DNA of 64,000 nt from Mobula hypostoma (taxonomy: Eukaryota). The notes beneath the pieces are model-generated. The model made no database searches. It had not been told where the DNA came from and saw only the letters and a program-made list of their open reading frames with translations. A program made the position numbers and the translations under genes. Location of the stretch: the NCBI RefSeq assembly GCF_963921235.1, contig NC_086108.1, positions 86,430,001 to 86,494,000 on the forward strand, read 5' to 3'. Positions 62,600 through 64,000 of this stretch are shown here, piece by piece (position 1 is the first letter of the stretch; every line of letters begins with the position of its first letter).

Positions 62600-63610
62600 A
62601 TGTTTCCAATGTGTCAGTACATAACAGTGATTTGCATGGCCCCTATATCCCCATACTTCAACCATTGTTCAATCACCAAACTGCTCACAACTTCATGAAG
62701 CAATTTCAAGGTGCTATAGGAATTTTACAGTTTGATGATGGTCGTTTCTCTTCGCTGCTGGTCACATTGTGGACATATTTAACATTCAAGATGTGGCTAC
62801 AAAATCAGCACTCTTCGAAGAATGACATTGTAGATCCTGAAATCATGTATGTGCTATTTAACAAGTGAAATAATTCGCTTTTAGATATGAGTGGCTCAGT
62901 AGGGTTCCGCTAGAAATTGAATATGACTGAGAAACTGCAAACAAGGCAGAGAGAGGAGGGAAAGGGCGAGAAGGACCAACGGCAGTACACTCAATCTGCC
63001 AAACATTTTTCAGAAGAAATTCTTTTACCTTGATTTAAGCAGTAACTACTTCAGGAAACATGTTTGCTTCATCAATGTAGTTGTGATTGACAGTGGTTAA
63101 TTGATGCAGCTGCCATTTTCACCTAAATGCAGGGCAAAAGCAGAATTGACTGCATATGTGTCCATAATGATTATATTTTTTGCCTCTAGCTCTTTACAGT
63201 TTCCTTCTGAAGATAATAAACTACACCTTGCAGTTTATAACATTATTATTTAAGAGATGTACATTAGGCAACATGTAATCTCATTTTACAAGCAACTGAG
63301 GCAAAATCTCACTACATGCTGGCATTGACTGCATGCATGTTGCTTGGATGCATCTGATGTGAACTCTGTTTCTGCCCATCTTATGAGCAGCTGGCAATGA
63401 GCTGGGGTCAATGAATAATGCAAGTCAATGCCAATGGCTCTGACTGCAGTCATGATGCTTTCATTCTGAGACAGGCCTTTGTGTTTCCTACTGGTTGCTG
63501 CACATCAGATGTTGTCCCATCATGACCAGGTTAATGGCTCCACTCACAAATCCCCCACACTGCTCTGGAATGAACGAGGCTTGCTTCCACTGAAGATTGG
63601 ATAGAAGATT
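62600..63610 (+). mobile_element. PIF/Harbinger (HARBI1-like DDE) transposase relic
   Basis: QGKSRIDCICV at about 63130 (consensus GAIDCTHV), IMQVNANGSDCSHDAFILRQ at 63415-63474 (consensus PGSSHDAFIL), LMAPLTNP at about 63531. Confidence 0.65.
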
Positions 63611-64000
63611 GGCCTTTTCTGGTTAGCTGCCAGTGACTAGTGGTGTTCCGCAGGGGTAGGTGTTGGGACCGCTACCGTTCACAGTACAATGTCAATGAAA
63701 TGGATGGCTTTGTGGCCAAGCCTGTGGCTGGCATGAAGATAGGTGGAGGGACAGATAGTGTTCAGAAAGTAGGGAGTCTGCAGAAGGACTTAGACAGATT
63801 GGGTGAATGTGCAAAAAGTGGCGGGTGGAAGATAGTGTAGAGAAGTGGCTGCTCATTGACTTTGGTAGAAGGAATAAAGGCATAGACTATTTTCTAGACT
63901 GAGAGAAGATTCAAAAATCAGAGATGCAAAAGGATGTGGGAGTCCTTATGCAAGATTCCTTAAAGATTAACTTTCAGGTTGAGTCAGTGATAAGGAAGAT
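63610..64000 (+). mobile_element. CR1 RT fragment running off the window
   Basis: VTSGVPQG, LQKDLDRLGE. Confidence 0.85.

Overview
Eukaryotic, repeat-dominated window with no prokaryotic features. The mix of CR1, Rex1/Babar and RTE LINEs, Penelope-like elements and a V-SINE points to a vertebrate, most likely a cartilaginous fish (inference from repeat content only). Main contents: (1) a full-length, GC-rich Ty3/Gypsy provirus at 5897-10275 with CsRn1-clade hallmarks: 287-bp LTRs, ATGT target duplication, tRNA-Trp PBS, CHCC Gag knuckle and a G_GGA_AAC -1 frameshift site with a 12-bp stem; (2) a truncated Gmr1-like Gypsy at about 43448-48182 with integrase before RT; (3) a complete hAT/Buster transposon at 28828-32647 that is part of a four-level nest, with a partial second copy at about 22052-23385; (4) a Tc1-superfamily element with DD38E spacing; (5) PIF/Harbinger transposase relics; (6) many decayed LINE fragments whose orientation switches near a CpG/NRF1 promoter-like patch at about 38.4 kb. 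A few candidate host exons on the minus strand are low confidence. No host gene could be named and no intact autonomous element was found. All counts are by eye, and coordinates of decayed repeats are approximate.
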